NCBI GenBank assembly: GCA_965200715.1
Contig: OZ241374.1
Location: 467,972-531,971, forward strand
DNA length: 64,000 nt
Source: Arenicellales bacterium
GTDB taxonomy: Bacteria; Pseudomonadota; Gammaproteobacteria; Arenicellales; Poriferihabitantaceae
Reading direction: 5' to 3'
A model generated the notes under the pieces. It saw nothing but the letters and a program-made list of their open reading frames with translations. It made no database searches and had not been told where the DNA came from. This document shows positions 13,290 to 23,739 of this stretch, piece by piece. The number at the start of each line of letters is the position of its first letter. Position 1 is the stretch's first letter. A program made the translations under genes and the position numbers.

Positions 13290-14231
13290 ATGAAACAAAA
13301 ACAAGGAATATTCGGTTTTCTAGCAAAGACTCGTGAGTCTTTATCCAACAGCTTGAGCGGATTGCTCTCAAGAGCTGGACCGATTACTGATTTGGTCTTT
13401 GAAGAACTTGAAGATCATCTGATCATGGCAGATTTTGGGGTGTATACTGCTCAAGAGATTGTCAGACACTTAAGGAAATCAGCAAAACGCGAAAAGATTG
13501 ACAGTATCGCTGGATTGAATGCTCTTCTTCAGCTTGCATTGCTGGATATTTTGTCAAATCCAAACGATGATGTTCAGGATCGTAATGACACCGAAAAACC
13601 TCAGGTGATTCTCATGGTCGGTGTAAATGGTGTCGGTAAAACTACTACATTAGCGAAACTAGCCAATTATTATAAAGGAAACGGTTATTCAGTTATCATG
13701 GCAGCTGGTGACACATTCCGGGCTGCAGCAATCGAACAACTGCAGACTTGGGGGCAGCGACTGGAAGTACCCGTAGTTGCTCAATCACTTGGTTCAGATG
13801 CCGCGGCAGTCGCTTATGATGCAATGAATTCTGCATACGCAAGAAATATCGATTACCTTTTGATTGATTCGGCTGGACGTCAACATACACATGGTGATTT
13901 GATGGATCAATTGCAAAAGATGAAAAGAGTGATTGGTAAAATTGATGAGTCCGCGCCCCATCAAATTTTGATTACTGTTGATGCCACAAACGGTCAGAAT
14001 GTACTATCTCAAGTTGAAAACTTTCAAAAAACTCTGCTACTTACCGGTATCTGTGTTACGAAATTAGACGGCACAGCAAAGGGTGGGGTAGTCGTGGCCT
14101 TGGCCAACCAGTTTCAATTACCTGTGAAATTCATCGGAGTGGGTGAGGGAATTGATGATTTGAGCGAGTTTTCAGCACAAGATTTTGCTGCAGCTTTGAT
14201 TCCAGATATGGATATTGCAGAATCTAGATAA
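13290..14231 (+). CDS. ftsY: Signal recognition particle receptor FtsY (short form, no acidic A domain)
   Basis: GVNGVGKTTTLAKLA, DTFRAAA, DSAGR and TKLDGTAKGG SRP-GTPase motifs. The start is set at MKQKQGIFGF (ATG 13290) rather than the upstream GTG. Confidence 0.93.
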   Translation: MKQKQGIFGFLAKTRESLSNSLSGLLSRAGPITDLVFEELEDHLIMADFGVYTAQEIVRHLRKSAKREKIDSIAGLNALLQLALLDILSNPNDDVQDRNDTEKPQVILMVGVNGVGKTTTLAKLANYYKGNGYSVIMAAGDTFRAAAIEQLQTWGQRLEVPVVAQSLGSDAAAVAYDAMNSAYARNIDYLLIDSAGRQHTHGDLMDQLQKMKRVIGKIDESAPHQILITVDATNGQNVLSQVENFQKTLLLTGICVTKLDGTAKGGVVVALANQFQLPVKFIGVGEGIDDLSEFSAQDFAAALIPDMDIAESR

Positions 14232-14244
14232 GCATAATCTCATC

Positions 14245-14916
14245 ATGATCATATTCCAAAATGTTAGCAAAAAATATCGCAATGGTTTGCGAGCATTAAA
14301 GAATCTTTCACTGTATATTCCAGAGGGGTCTATCACATTTATCACTGGGCATTCAGGGGCAGGAAAAACCACTATGCTCAAGTTGATAGCTTTAAATGAA
14401 ACTGCGACCAGTGGTCAGGTGTTCGTCGATAATCAAGATCTTGCAAAACTACGGGGTAGACATGTTTCAAAGTATCGGCGAAACGTTGGCTTTGTCTTTC
14501 AGGAACACAAATTACTAGCTGATCGAACTATCGAGAGTAATGTTGCCCTGCCATTGATTGTTGCCGGCATGTCAGAAGTCGAACGGAAATGTCGAAATCG
14601 AGTTCGTGCTGCTCTGGATCTAGTCAGTTTAGAACACTTAGCAGAATCGTATCCAGACATGTTGTCAGTCGGTGAACAGCAACGAGTTGGAATTGCCAGA
14701 GCGATGGTAGCTCGGCCGGATGTGATCCTTGCTGACGAACCAACAGGGAATCTTGATCCTGATTTAGCAGATGAAGTGATGGAATTGTTTTTTCGGCTTC
14801 AGGAACATGAAACCACAGTTGTGATTGCTACGCACGATTACCGACACCTGAGCAATCCAGCGGCAGGTTGTTTGATGCTTGATCACGGACATCTGGTCGA
14901 GGATGAAAATTCGTGA
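14245..14916 (+). CDS. ftsE: Cell division ATP-binding protein FtsE
   Basis: GHSGAGKTT Walker A, LSVGEQQRVGIARA signature, ILADEPTGNLD Walker B. Sits between ftsY and ftsX. Confidence 0.93.
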   Translation: MIIFQNVSKKYRNGLRALKNLSLYIPEGSITFITGHSGAGKTTMLKLIALNETATSGQVFVDNQDLAKLRGRHVSKYRRNVGFVFQEHKLLADRTIESNVALPLIVAGMSEVERKCRNRVRAALDLVSLEHLAESYPDMLSVGEQQRVGIARAMVARPDVILADEPTGNLDPDLADEVMELFFRLQEHETTVVIATHDYRHLSNPAAGCLMLDHGHLVEDENS

Positions 14917-15860
14917 AAAATCTGATCCATATACATGGGGCTGCCGTGAAGGATGCATGTGGTCGATTTGCAAAAGTACCATTTACTTCTGGTTTAACCA
15001 TTCTTATTCTGGGCTTGTCAATATCCATGCCATTGCTTCTCTACAAGCTTACAGAATCCATGAATCGGGTTGCTGAAAATTATCAATACGCTAACATCAT
15101 TACCATCTTTTTGTCATCGTCAGTAGACGCTATCAGTCAGCAGAACGATTCAGAACAAGAGATAAGGAAGTTGAAGTTTGAGCTGTTGACTCTCCCCACA
15201 ATTGAAGATGTTCAACATATACCGCGAGAACAAGCATTTGCTGAATTTAAACAGGCATCCGGTCTATCTGGTATATTAGACAGATTGCCAAACAATCCTT
15301 TACCAGAAATTCTTCTGATCACTACGGTTGAAAATATAAGCGTAGAAGATATGGAGTTACTGATAGAAGACCTAGAAAGAATTGAGTTAGTTGCCAGTGT
15401 AACTTATGACCGAGTATGGAAAGAGCGGTTTGAGGCAGTAGCTTCGCTGTTTCAAAATATTTCCTTTGTAGTCGGCAGTATTATGGGTCTCGGTGTATTA
15501 TTAGTCGCTGGAAATACGGTTCGAACAGTCGTTCAAAGCCGAAGTGAAGAGGTCCAACTACTTGATCAACTTGGAGCGACACCTTTGTTTATCGCTTGGC
15601 CATTTCTATACTATGGTTTGATCATCGGGATTGCTGGAGCCTTGTTTGCGTTGATTGTAGTCGTTATTTGCTTGAATGTGTTTGGAGTGCCAGTCAATCG
15701 ACTAGCTAGTTTATATGGTAGCGATTTTCGGATTCAACCTTTTGCGTTATACTATTGGGCAAAAGTAATTCTTTTCTCTGGCGGGTTAGGTTGGACAACT
15801 GCTGGGATGACCGTTGCGACCTACATATGGCGCATAAGGGTTAGCGCGAACGGAAAGTAA
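14913..15860 (+). CDS. ftsX: Cell division permease-like protein FtsX
   Basis: 315 aa. Four predicted TM segments with a large first periplasmic loop. GTG start overlaps the ftsE stop. Position after ftsE. Confidence 0.85.
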   Translation: MKNLIHIHGAAVKDACGRFAKVPFTSGLTILILGLSISMPLLLYKLTESMNRVAENYQYANIITIFLSSSVDAISQQNDSEQEIRKLKFELLTLPTIEDVQHIPREQAFAEFKQASGLSGILDRLPNNPLPEILLITTVENISVEDMELLIEDLERIELVASVTYDRVWKERFEAVASLFQNISFVVGSIMGLGVLLVAGNTVRTVVQSRSEEVQLLDQLGATPLFIAWPFLYYGLIIGIAGALFALIVVVICLNVFGVPVNRLASLYGSDFRIQPFALYYWAKVILFSGGLGWTTAGMTVATYIWRIRVSANGK

Positions 15861-16059
15861 TTCGTCCTTTCGTTAAATCATAAGGGGTTAATTGTACGGT
15901 GACTGTGTCACCTCGCAGAATGCGAATATAATGTTTGCGCATCTTACCGGAGATGTGCGCAATTACTTCATGTCCATTTTCAAGTTCGACACGAAACTGG
16001 GTGTTGGGTAGAGCCTCAATTATCGTGCCCTCCATTTCTATACTTTCCTCTTTTGCCAT
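15841..16059 (-). CDS. infA: Translation initiation factor IF-1
   Basis: 72 aa. [72 protein letters not shown] is near-canonical IF-1. Confidence 0.98.
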   Translation of the reverse strand: MAKEESIEMEGTIIEALPNTQFRVELENGHEVIAHISGKMRKHYIRILRGDTVTVQLTPYDLTKGRITFRSR

Positions 16060-16445
16060 AAAACTCTGATGGATATGTCTTTAACAAGTTGATAGGACGT
16101 GTATTATATACTGATATCCTTTGAATTTAGAATTCAATAATCAATCGTTCATTCGACCACAGTATCGAATTGTATTTACGAAGGTTAGGTGATGTCATCG
16201 GTATTCCCAAATGCTGAAATCGAGCGTGCGGGATTGTGGGGCAGCTGGACGACTAGGAGCGTTCTCATTCGAGACTCCGTAACTGTCAAAAGATATCTAC
16301 GGCTAACACTGTATATAATTTCCAAAAATTGCCCAATCATTGTGAGTGCAAAGAATTGTCCGGCTATATCAGAAAGGGTGGATTTGGCAATGTGAGAAAA
16401 ACGAATTGGTACTAGTTCATGCGAGTTGGAAATGGTTATCAGTTA

Positions 16446-17183
16446 TCATTCTTGCGATTTTTTATTTCGACGAGGAGCCCTTCCAAATCCGATTACTTTC
16501 AATGTGAATTCTTCAATGTAGTCGATCAAATCGTCAACATTTGCTGATGCCTGTGCTGTGTTACCTTTGGATATTGATTGGGCTATCTTTGCATGACAAG
16601 TTGCCATGCGGACTCGATCACCATACTCTTTTTGATGCAATATCCAGAACCTACGAGCGAGCCCCTTAACCGATTTCATCGCCCCTGAAGCATATGGGTT
16701 ATCTGCTGCTGCTAAAATGAGGCAAAACGCTCGAGCGTCAAGCTCTGTCATAGTCGCCTGATTTTGCGTTATTGCGGCTTGTTTAAATCCTGTTGAAATA
16801 ACGGAAAGTTCTTGACGCTGTCTTTTATTTGCCCGTTCAGCTGCTGATGAGGCCATCAGCCGCTCCACGACACGTCTGAGTTCTAGTGCACGAAATTGAA
16901 GAGTGTAGTCGATTGGAGAAATCTGTGCTCCGCGACGTGGAAATACCTCTATGAGTTGCTGGTCTGCTAAGCGTTGAATTGCTACCCTGACTGGCGATCT
17001 ACTCAGGCCGCTAGCTTCCATAAGATAGGTCTCAGAGACCCACTGTCCAGGCTGAAGTTCGCCATTCACGATCATTCTTTCCAAACGGCTATAGGCTATA
17101 TCCATCAAATTACTGGATTCATTTTTTATATTAGAAGATATGGTTCTTTCCATTTCTACATTGTCTTCATCAGAACTTGTCAT
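16446..17183 (-). CDS. GntR-family transcriptional regulator (FadR/FCD subfamily)
   Basis: N-terminal winged HTH (LMEASGLSRSPVRVAIQRLADQQLIEVFPRRGAQI) followed by an all-helical C-terminal domain of FCD length. Confidence 0.85.
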   Translation of the reverse strand: MTSSDEDNVEMERTISSNIKNESSNLMDIAYSRLERMIVNGELQPGQWVSETYLMEASGLSRSPVRVAIQRLADQQLIEVFPRRGAQISPIDYTLQFRALELRRVVERLMASSAAERANKRQRQELSVISTGFKQAAITQNQATMTELDARAFCLILAAADNPYASGAMKSVKGLARRFWILHQKEYGDRVRMATCHAKIAQSISKGNTAQASANVDDLIDYIEEFTLKVIGFGRAPRRNKKSQE

Positions 17184-17403
17184 CTATAAGATAATCCATG
17201 GGTAAATGTATTGGACTGGCTAGCGAGGCATAGCCTCAGACCGACGAGTCCTATTTTTGGTCGGCGATCATTTGTTCCTCGGCGGTAGCTCCGGATACTT
17301 GCAACGATCACATGAAACTGTCGTCCTTCAGGCACCCTTGTCGACATGATAAAAATTTGACTCAAAATTAAGGATTTTTCTCATTCAAGGTACCTAGTCG
17401 ATC

Positions 17404-18351
17404 TCAAATCATTGCGCTCTGAATAAGTATTTCAACCTGTCTACGGTCGAATTTATCTGTTGGACCGATGAATACTATGCGGGAGAGATTCCCTTGAGTA
17501 GCACCATTGTAGACTTCAATATCTGCACGAGTGCCTACTAAGTTGAACAGATGCATTTTGTTTGGGCTCATAGAAAACCCAATAAATCCCTTGGCTCTTA
17601 AGCAGTACTTTGGCAGTTCGATTAGTATGTCCAAAAACTTCTCACGGCAGAAACGCTCGCTTGTTTCGATAGACCAAGATTGAAAACGGTGTGTCGTGCT
17701 GTTGGGAAGCTTGGAATGTTGTCGCTGTATTTCAGAGTGAATGGATGGAGATGGACATGTAAGCACCGAAGGATCAACGGCACATTTGAGGGTTTTCAAT
17801 TGAACAGTATAGGGAGCAGCCTTGTCTAAGTCTCGTATAAGAGCTTGTTGACAAGTGTCTGAAGCGATATCGATCTTGTTAACCAGAACCAAGTCGCTCA
17901 CCGCAGCATGGTCTAATAGTGACTCTTGGTCGGCATATTCCAATTTGTTGTACAGATTGGCATCGATTATATGCAAACGAACGTCGACACGTACCAGTCC
18001 GGCGTTCTCTAGCATCGAGAGAGAAGCATCCAAGGATCGTGGATCTGATACGCCGCTTGCCTCTATCACAGCGGCATCGGGCGGTTTTTCCGACCTCGCG
18101 AGTTGCGCAATTCCTGCTATTAGATCATCATTCAGAGTACAACATACACAACCGTTTTTTAACGATATCCGGTTTTCTTCAATGGTGTCGATCAAGTGGC
18201 TATCGATATCAATAGCTCCAAAGTCATTTACGAAGACGACAATTCGCTTTCCTTCAGAGTACCTGAGAAGATGGTTGACTAGCGTGGTCTTGCCTGCACC
18301 GAGGAAGCCGCTGACCGTCGTTATCGGTATACGATTTTGTGAGATACTCAT
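17404..18351 (-). CDS. COG0523 (CobW/YjiA/ZigA-like) G3E-family metallochaperone GTPase
   Basis: P-loop GFLGAGKTTLVNHLL, metal-binding NGCVCCTL (CxCC) motif, NKID GTPase motif, C-terminal CobW_C-like region. ATGA overlap with the upstream amidohydrolase. Confidence 0.88.
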   Translation of the reverse strand: MSISQNRIPITTVSGFLGAGKTTLVNHLLRYSEGKRIVVFVNDFGAIDIDSHLIDTIEENRISLKNGCVCCTLNDDLIAGIAQLARSEKPPDAAVIEASGVSDPRSLDASLSMLENAGLVRVDVRLHIIDANLYNKLEYADQESLLDHAAVSDLVLVNKIDIASDTCQQALIRDLDKAAPYTVQLKTLKCAVDPSVLTCPSPSIHSEIQRQHSKLPNSTTHRFQSWSIETSERFCREKFLDILIELPKYCLRAKGFIGFSMSPNKMHLFNLVGTRADIEVYNGATQGNLSRIVFIGPTDKFDRRQVEILIQSAMI

Positions 18352-19967
18352 CTTTCAAATACACAAGAACCAGCCAGATAGGTAGACAGTACGCTAATGT
18401 CCTTTAACTCTTCATATGGTACTTCAAGCGGATTTCGGTCAAGGATAACCATATCTGCATGCTTACCGGGCGTGAGTGAGCCTAGATGATCTTCCATACC
18501 AATCTGGAATGCGGCATCAATGGTGACCGACTTAAGGGCTGACTCGCTATCGAGTCGTTCACCCGGTCCGATGCATCGACCGTCTGGAGCTTGGCGTAAT
18601 GTAGCAGCTGCCATTAATTCTAGACAAGACGGATCAGTCATTGGTGTGTCGGCATGTAAGCTAATTTGCATTCCGTTACGCACTGCTGTTCCGGCAGGCA
18701 TGTAGTGGGCTGCACGTTCAGAACCAAATAGCGCATCTTCGATAGGTACCCCCCAGTATGTGATGTGATTGATAAAGAAACTACAAAGAACCTCAAGTTG
18801 TCGTGCTCGTTCGATTTGGTCTGGGCGCATCAGAGCACAGTGTTCAAGACGAAATCGGTGATCTGGACGAGGGGACGAAGTTAAGATTTCCTCTAGTACA
18901 TCAAGCACCATATCGATGGTACGGTCTCCCTGTGTATGGATAGACATTTGCCAGCCTTGATTGAAGTATGTATGAACCATTTGCTCAAAATATTCTTGAG
19001 GATAGTTGGTCCCTCCAACATGTCCCGGTCGTAGATTCATCTTTTCTAGAGTAATTTCGGTCTCAAGATAGGGTTTCGAAATCCATATGTTTCCGATAAA
19101 TGGAGATCCATCTGCATGAATCTTGACTCCGGCCATCCACAGTCGGTCATCACCAAGCTTTAGATTTTCAACTTTCATATCTGCTGTCACCGCTTGCTGG
19201 TAAGCAGCCACTCTGGGCATTGGAAGATCATGTTCCAGCGCCCATTGGTAGTAGGACTTGTAGTAGGGCAAATATAAATGTTCAGTAACAGTAGTAATGC
19301 CGTTGGTAATGAATTGCTCAATCATGGCTTCGAATTGTGTATTGAGTCTGGAGTTGCCCCAAGATTCGTAAAACCGATCAAGTACATGCCAGGTAATGGC
19401 TTCTGCTACCCTGCCTGTCGGACTCCCGTTTTCGTCCCGGTCAATTTCACTACCAACGGGTGTGGGCGTTGATGCATGAATTCCACAAGCCTCCAGCGCA
19501 AGCGAATTCATAAATAAGGCATGGCAGTTGGAGGTTTGTATTCCAATCGGATTTTGCGGCGCGATTTCATCAAGCAAGGCACGAGTTGGAGCGACCATAT
19601 CGGTATGAAGTTGCGCATCAAGACCAAAAAACAGCAGAAATTCCCCAGGCATAGCAGCAGCAACACGTCGTTGAATCTTTCCAATCGCAGCCCGATAAGT
19701 TGGAACAATTTCCGCTCGTATGTCAACTACCGGTGCACCACGTGTCTTTGCTGCCCAGAGGATGTGTGAGTGAGCATCGATAAACCCAGGAAGTAGCGTA
19801 TTTCCCTCCAGATCGATGATGCGTGATTCAGAGCTAAGAACTTCCAGGACATCGGACAACGATCCAATCGATGCGATTCGACCATTATCGAGGCCGACTG
19901 CTTCAGGTGCAGGGTAGCTTGGATCCATGGTAATGACTGGACCACCGGTAAAGACCAAGGAGTTCAT
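18348..19967 (-). CDS. Metal-dependent amidohydrolase (Amidohydro_3 / YtcJ-like)
   Basis: 539 aa. LPGFIDAHSHILWA (HxH metal site), later HADGS and HTQGD motifs typical of the family. Confidence 0.85.
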   Translation of the reverse strand: MNSLVFTGGPVITMDPSYPAPEAVGLDNGRIASIGSLSDVLEVLSSESRIIDLEGNTLLPGFIDAHSHILWAAKTRGAPVVDIRAEIVPTYRAAIGKIQRRVAAAMPGEFLLFFGLDAQLHTDMVAPTRALLDEIAPQNPIGIQTSNCHALFMNSLALEACGIHASTPTPVGSEIDRDENGSPTGRVAEAITWHVLDRFYESWGNSRLNTQFEAMIEQFITNGITTVTEHLYLPYYKSYYQWALEHDLPMPRVAAYQQAVTADMKVENLKLGDDRLWMAGVKIHADGSPFIGNIWISKPYLETEITLEKMNLRPGHVGGTNYPQEYFEQMVHTYFNQGWQMSIHTQGDRTIDMVLDVLEEILTSSPRPDHRFRLEHCALMRPDQIERARQLEVLCSFFINHITYWGVPIEDALFGSERAAHYMPAGTAVRNGMQISLHADTPMTDPSCLELMAAATLRQAPDGRCIGPGERLDSESALKSVTIDAAFQIGMEDHLGSLTPGKHADMVILDRNPLEVPYEELKDISVLSTYLAGSCVFER

Positions 19968-19982
19968 CGTCTGATTGTATAG

Positions 19983-21500
19983 TTAACGGCGTTTCCCTTG
20001 GATGATTCTATCCAAAATCATAGCGCAAAATAGGATAGCGAATCCGGCGAGAATACCCTGTCCCTCTGATGCGTACTGTAGTGCTTCCAGAACATCCTCG
20101 CCTAGACCCTTGGCGCCGATGAGCGAAGCGATTACCACCATGGCTAGGCTCAGTAAGATTGTCTGATTAATTCCAGCCATGATCGATGGCATGGCTAGTG
20201 GAAGATCCACCTTCCAAAGCAAGTATTTTCTCGAGGCACCAAATGCCATAGCAGCCTCCCGCACCGATTCCGGTACACCCCGTAAGCCTAGAACAGTCAG
20301 ACGGACCACTGGCGATCCACCAAAGATCATCGTCGCAACGATTGCCGCTGGCTTCCCAGTACCAAAAAAAGCGATCACAGGAATGAGGTAGACAAATGCT
20401 GGCATGGTCTGCATGAAGTCAAGGACAGGTCTGACAAACATGTATAGTCGAGGCTTGCGCGCACAGAGTACGCCAAGTGGAATCCCTAGTGAGATGCTGA
20501 TTCCTGCTGCAGTGCCCAGCAAGGCCAGTGTTTTCATGGATTTATCCCAGAATCCGAGATAACCGAGATAAGCTAGTGCCGCCGCAGAAAAAATTGCTGT
20601 TCGCCAGCCTGCAGATAGTCCAGTTAGCAAAATGATGATTGCGCACATCACTGGCCAAGGTGTTTGCGTGAATACGATCTCAAGTCCATCAAGAATCGTA
20701 TTGATACCGAATACCACCCCATCGAAGAACCATTCGGCACTGACAGCCATGTCCGTCATTCCGTCTTTAATTGCATCTGCAGCGGTGGCCTGGATATGTC
20801 TTTCCGTGGGAAATCGTTCTAAGAATTCGAGGTCCGAGGTTCCTCCAAATCGTAGAATGCAGGTTACTAAAATCAACAGCATTAAAATAATGCTGAATAC
20901 GGTTTGCGATGTATTGATACCGCATTTTAATGTCCGATCTGAACGCCACCGAGTGTAGCGCTTGCGCAACACAACGTTGGCTACAATACCTTGGACCACT
21001 TTGACTATGACTAGAATCAGGATGCCCCCCAAGACAAGCCAGATTGCGGATGTTTCGGCCTCCAATGCTACAGTCCGAATACTTTCGATTGCCCGTTCAA
21101 GAGATGCTATGGCATTTTCAAAAGCCTCAACCTTGTCGGTATCGCCAGCTTCCTTTGCTTCGTCGAGCTGTTCATAACGCATTGCGAGCGTCTGTTCAAT
21201 GCCTGGTAGTCGAGCTAAATGGGCAGATGCAAGGTCCCCGAATAATCCCCGCACGATCTGAACGATGGCGAAAGTTTCAAGCGTAACAAAAGCGAGGAAA
21301 GCCGCCCACAGATTTCGAATACCGAACCAAATTGGTCCGAGGAGTGACGCTACAACATTGAAGCTCCAAGTAAAGTGGGAACTGTCACCGATTTTTTGGA
21401 ATTCCCGAGCATAATAGTCAACACCAGTTTGGACAAACTGACTGATCAAGCGATTTTGATTCTCTTCGCTTTCAGTAGCTATGTTATCCATCTTCGTCAT
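19983..21500 (-). CDS. Betaine/choline-type ABC transporter permease (ProW-like) with a long N-terminal extension
   Basis: C-terminal about 230 aa is ProW-like (MQTMPAFVYLIPVIAFFGTGKPAAIVATMIFGGSPVVRLTVLGLRGVP). N-terminal about 270 aa is extra: YYAREFQKI...FTWSFNVVASLLGPIWFGIRNLW (DUF2628-like), a helical acidic segment and extra TM helices. Confidence 0.85.
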   Translation of the reverse strand: MTKMDNIATESEENQNRLISQFVQTGVDYYAREFQKIGDSSHFTWSFNVVASLLGPIWFGIRNLWAAFLAFVTLETFAIVQIVRGLFGDLASAHLARLPGIEQTLAMRYEQLDEAKEAGDTDKVEAFENAIASLERAIESIRTVALEAETSAIWLVLGGILILVIVKVVQGIVANVVLRKRYTRWRSDRTLKCGINTSQTVFSIILMLLILVTCILRFGGTSDLEFLERFPTERHIQATAADAIKDGMTDMAVSAEWFFDGVVFGINTILDGLEIVFTQTPWPVMCAIIILLTGLSAGWRTAIFSAAALAYLGYLGFWDKSMKTLALLGTAAGISISLGIPLGVLCARKPRLYMFVRPVLDFMQTMPAFVYLIPVIAFFGTGKPAAIVATMIFGGSPVVRLTVLGLRGVPESVREAAMAFGASRKYLLWKVDLPLAMPSIMAGINQTILLSLAMVVIASLIGAKGLGEDVLEALQYASEGQGILAGFAILFCAMILDRIIQGKRR

Positions 21501-22561
21501 TCGGTTGTACTTCCAGCCATCACACTTCCCAAAAGATCGTCCTTTGAAATGACTCCAACTGGTCGGTCGTCTGTGCCAATGATCAAGATCGGACCATCGT
21601 GTTCCACGGAAGTTTTGATTAGATCAGCCAATGTAGCTTCCTCATTCATGGACGGGATATCAGCAGGCAAGAGCCCGTGACGCTGTTCGAACTCGGCCAC
21701 GGGCAGCATAATTGAATGTGCCTTGATCAGATTTACACGGGAGATTCCCGCCACAAAGTCGCTCACATAGTCATCTGCTGGATGGGTAACAATTTCTTCA
21801 GGTGTTCCGACCTGAACAATTGCGCCATCTTTCATTATTGCAACTCGGTCACCGATCCGTATCGCCTCATCCAAGTCATGGGTGATAAATATCGTGGTTT
21901 TCTTCATGACTTCAGATAGCTGCATAAATTCATCCTGAAGTTGACGTCGGATTAGAGGGTCAAGGGCCGAAAAAGGTTCGTCCATAAGCAGAACATCGGG
22001 ATCCGCCGCGATGGCTCGTGCAAGACCGACACGTTGTTGCATACCGCCTGATAATTCATGGGCGAACCGATCCTGCCAATCGTGTAGCTGAACCATCCGC
22101 AGCACACGATCTGCCACTTCCCAGCGTTTGTTTTCACTCACACCCCTGATCTCCAACGGCATGGCGACATTGTCACGAACGGACCGATGTGGCAACAGGC
22201 CAAAATGCTGGAAAATCATGGCCACGCGTCGATTCCGTAATGCCATAAGAGCGGCATCGTCCATTTCTGTAACATCTGTGCCGTCGACGAGTACTTTCCC
22301 AGCAGTCGGCGTTAGCAGGCGGTTGATAAGACGAACAAGAGTGGACTTGCCACTTCCGGACAAGCCCATTACGCAGAAAATTTCTCCTTTCGCAACACTG
22401 AAGGTGACGTTATGAACGCCAACTACACAGTCATACTGTTCCAGCACTTCTGCTTTGCCGAGTCCTCCGCGCTGGATTGCCTCCAGCGCTTCATGCTGGG
22501 TTTTACCGAAAATCTTCCATAAGGCCGAAACCTCAATTAGTTTTTCTGAGTTATCCGACAA
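21497..22561 (-). CDS. Betaine/choline-type ABC transporter ATP-binding protein (ProV-like, with C-terminal CBS pair)
   Basis: GLSGSGKST Walker A, LSGGMQQRVGLARA signature, LLMDEPFSALD Walker B, C-terminal CBS-like tail. The track start is a TTG, so the start is uncertain. Confidence 0.9.
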   Translation of the reverse strand: MSDNSEKLIEVSALWKIFGKTQHEALEAIQRGGLGKAEVLEQYDCVVGVHNVTFSVAKGEIFCVMGLSGSGKSTLVRLINRLLTPTAGKVLVDGTDVTEMDDAALMALRNRRVAMIFQHFGLLPHRSVRDNVAMPLEIRGVSENKRWEVADRVLRMVQLHDWQDRFAHELSGGMQQRVGLARAIAADPDVLLMDEPFSALDPLIRRQLQDEFMQLSEVMKKTTIFITHDLDEAIRIGDRVAIMKDGAIVQVGTPEEIVTHPADDYVSDFVAGISRVNLIKAHSIMLPVAEFEQRHGLLPADIPSMNEEATLADLIKTSVEHDGPILIIGTDDRPVGVISKDDLLGSVMAGSTTE

Positions 22562-22708
22562 CCCGTAAGCCCCCTTAGATAGCTCATCTTTGCATTACAT
22601 CTCAAGAAGAAATCGGGGATGAATGTCAGCAACCATCTCAGAATAAATAGCAGTTATCACTGCGGTCGAAACCAAGAATCAAAACACATTTGTATAACCA
22701 GTGGGATG

Positions 22709-23683
22709 TCAAAGTCCAAGCCAACTATCGACACGATCAGAGTTTTCAGCTATCCATGCACGAGCGACTTCTTCACTGTCTCGTTTCAGCACCACGATTT
22801 CGTGAGTCCAGCCATTAACCGTTTCCGTATCCAGCGCGATATTGGAAAGAAAGTTGGCAACTGTCGGAACTCGTTGTTCAAGAGATTTGGAATAGCCAAC
22901 ATGGATTGTCTTTGGCTTGTCACCGGTGGTTATTTTTGATTTTTCGAACCAGTCTGGATCTTCCGCGGGTTGGACCATTTTGTATTTCGAATCGTCGAAT
23001 TCTGGTTCCTCAAGCATAACCATATCAAAGATAAACCAGTTGAAATGAGGAGCATAACAGTAAAAAACATAACCTTCATCTTTGTTAATCGAATCCTTTA
23101 TCGATGCACTAGCTACTTCCTCTTCGGCAATGATCGGCTCAAAGAAATTAGTGATACCATAATCACGAACTTTCACAGAATTCGCTTTGGTAGAGGCCCA
23201 ACCTTGAGCACCCACCCAGATTTCGCCCATGCCATCACCATCGCGATCAGTTAAGGCCGCTACCTCAGGTGTTGCTAGATCGAATACGGACTTTACTCCA
23301 TGCTTCTCGCTAAATACGCGGGATACACAGAATCCGGCAATTCCATCATAATTGTTCTTGCTCAGTGCCACGGTATTATTTTGATCGACATACTCATTGG
23401 TAAAGTTTGACTGGTTTGGAAGCCAGACGTCCGGATGGACGTCGATCTCGCCCTTGCCTCGATCCATTGCCTTAAAAATTACCGCGTTGGTGCCCGGGAC
23501 GAGTTCGGCAGAACCGCCGATTTTGTCCTCAATGACGACCTTGATCAGTCCGGCTATGGCTCGCCCGCTCGCCCAGTTTGGTTCTGCGATTCGAACGAGG
23601 CTCTGGGCCCCAGCATTGCTAATGATTGCCAGCGTGAGCACACTAAAAATTATAGATATGATTGATTTTCTCATAGTTGTCAA
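22709..23683 (-). CDS. OpuAC-family (glycine betaine/quaternary amine type) periplasmic substrate-binding protein
   Basis: 324 aa with a signal peptide (MTTMRKSIISIIFSVLTLAIISNAGAQS). Trp/aromatic-rich OpuAC-like body. First gene of the ABC operon. Confidence 0.8.
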   Translation of the reverse strand: MTTMRKSIISIIFSVLTLAIISNAGAQSLVRIAEPNWASGRAIAGLIKVVIEDKIGGSAELVPGTNAVIFKAMDRGKGEIDVHPDVWLPNQSNFTNEYVDQNNTVALSKNNYDGIAGFCVSRVFSEKHGVKSVFDLATPEVAALTDRDGDGMGEIWVGAQGWASTKANSVKVRDYGITNFFEPIIAEEEVASASIKDSINKDEGYVFYCYAPHFNWFIFDMVMLEEPEFDDSKYKMVQPAEDPDWFEKSKITTGDKPKTIHVGYSKSLEQRVPTVANFLSNIALDTETVNGWTHEIVVLKRDSEEVARAWIAENSDRVDSWLGL

Positions 23684-23739
23684 CTCCTACTCAAAGGTAT
23701 TAGTTCAAAATTTATTCTGAAATGTTAATTTATCGATGC

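Noticed and set aside
16189-16395. 68-aa GTG-initiated + strand ORF in the infA-GntR spacer.
   Set aside because: It has no RBS, motif or terminator. The region is more simply the infA promoter/leader.
17855-18385. 176-aa + strand ORF (and the 98-aa ORF at 17919-18215) antisense to the COG0523 GTPase gene.
   Set aside because: It fully overlaps a well-supported minus-strand gene. Its Ser/Arg/Ala-rich, low-complexity composition is typical of shadow ORFs, and it has no motifs.
20632-21286. Several 70-108-aa + strand ORFs antisense to the ProW-like permease.
   Set aside because: They are shadow frames of a membrane-protein gene, with no motifs and overlapping one another.
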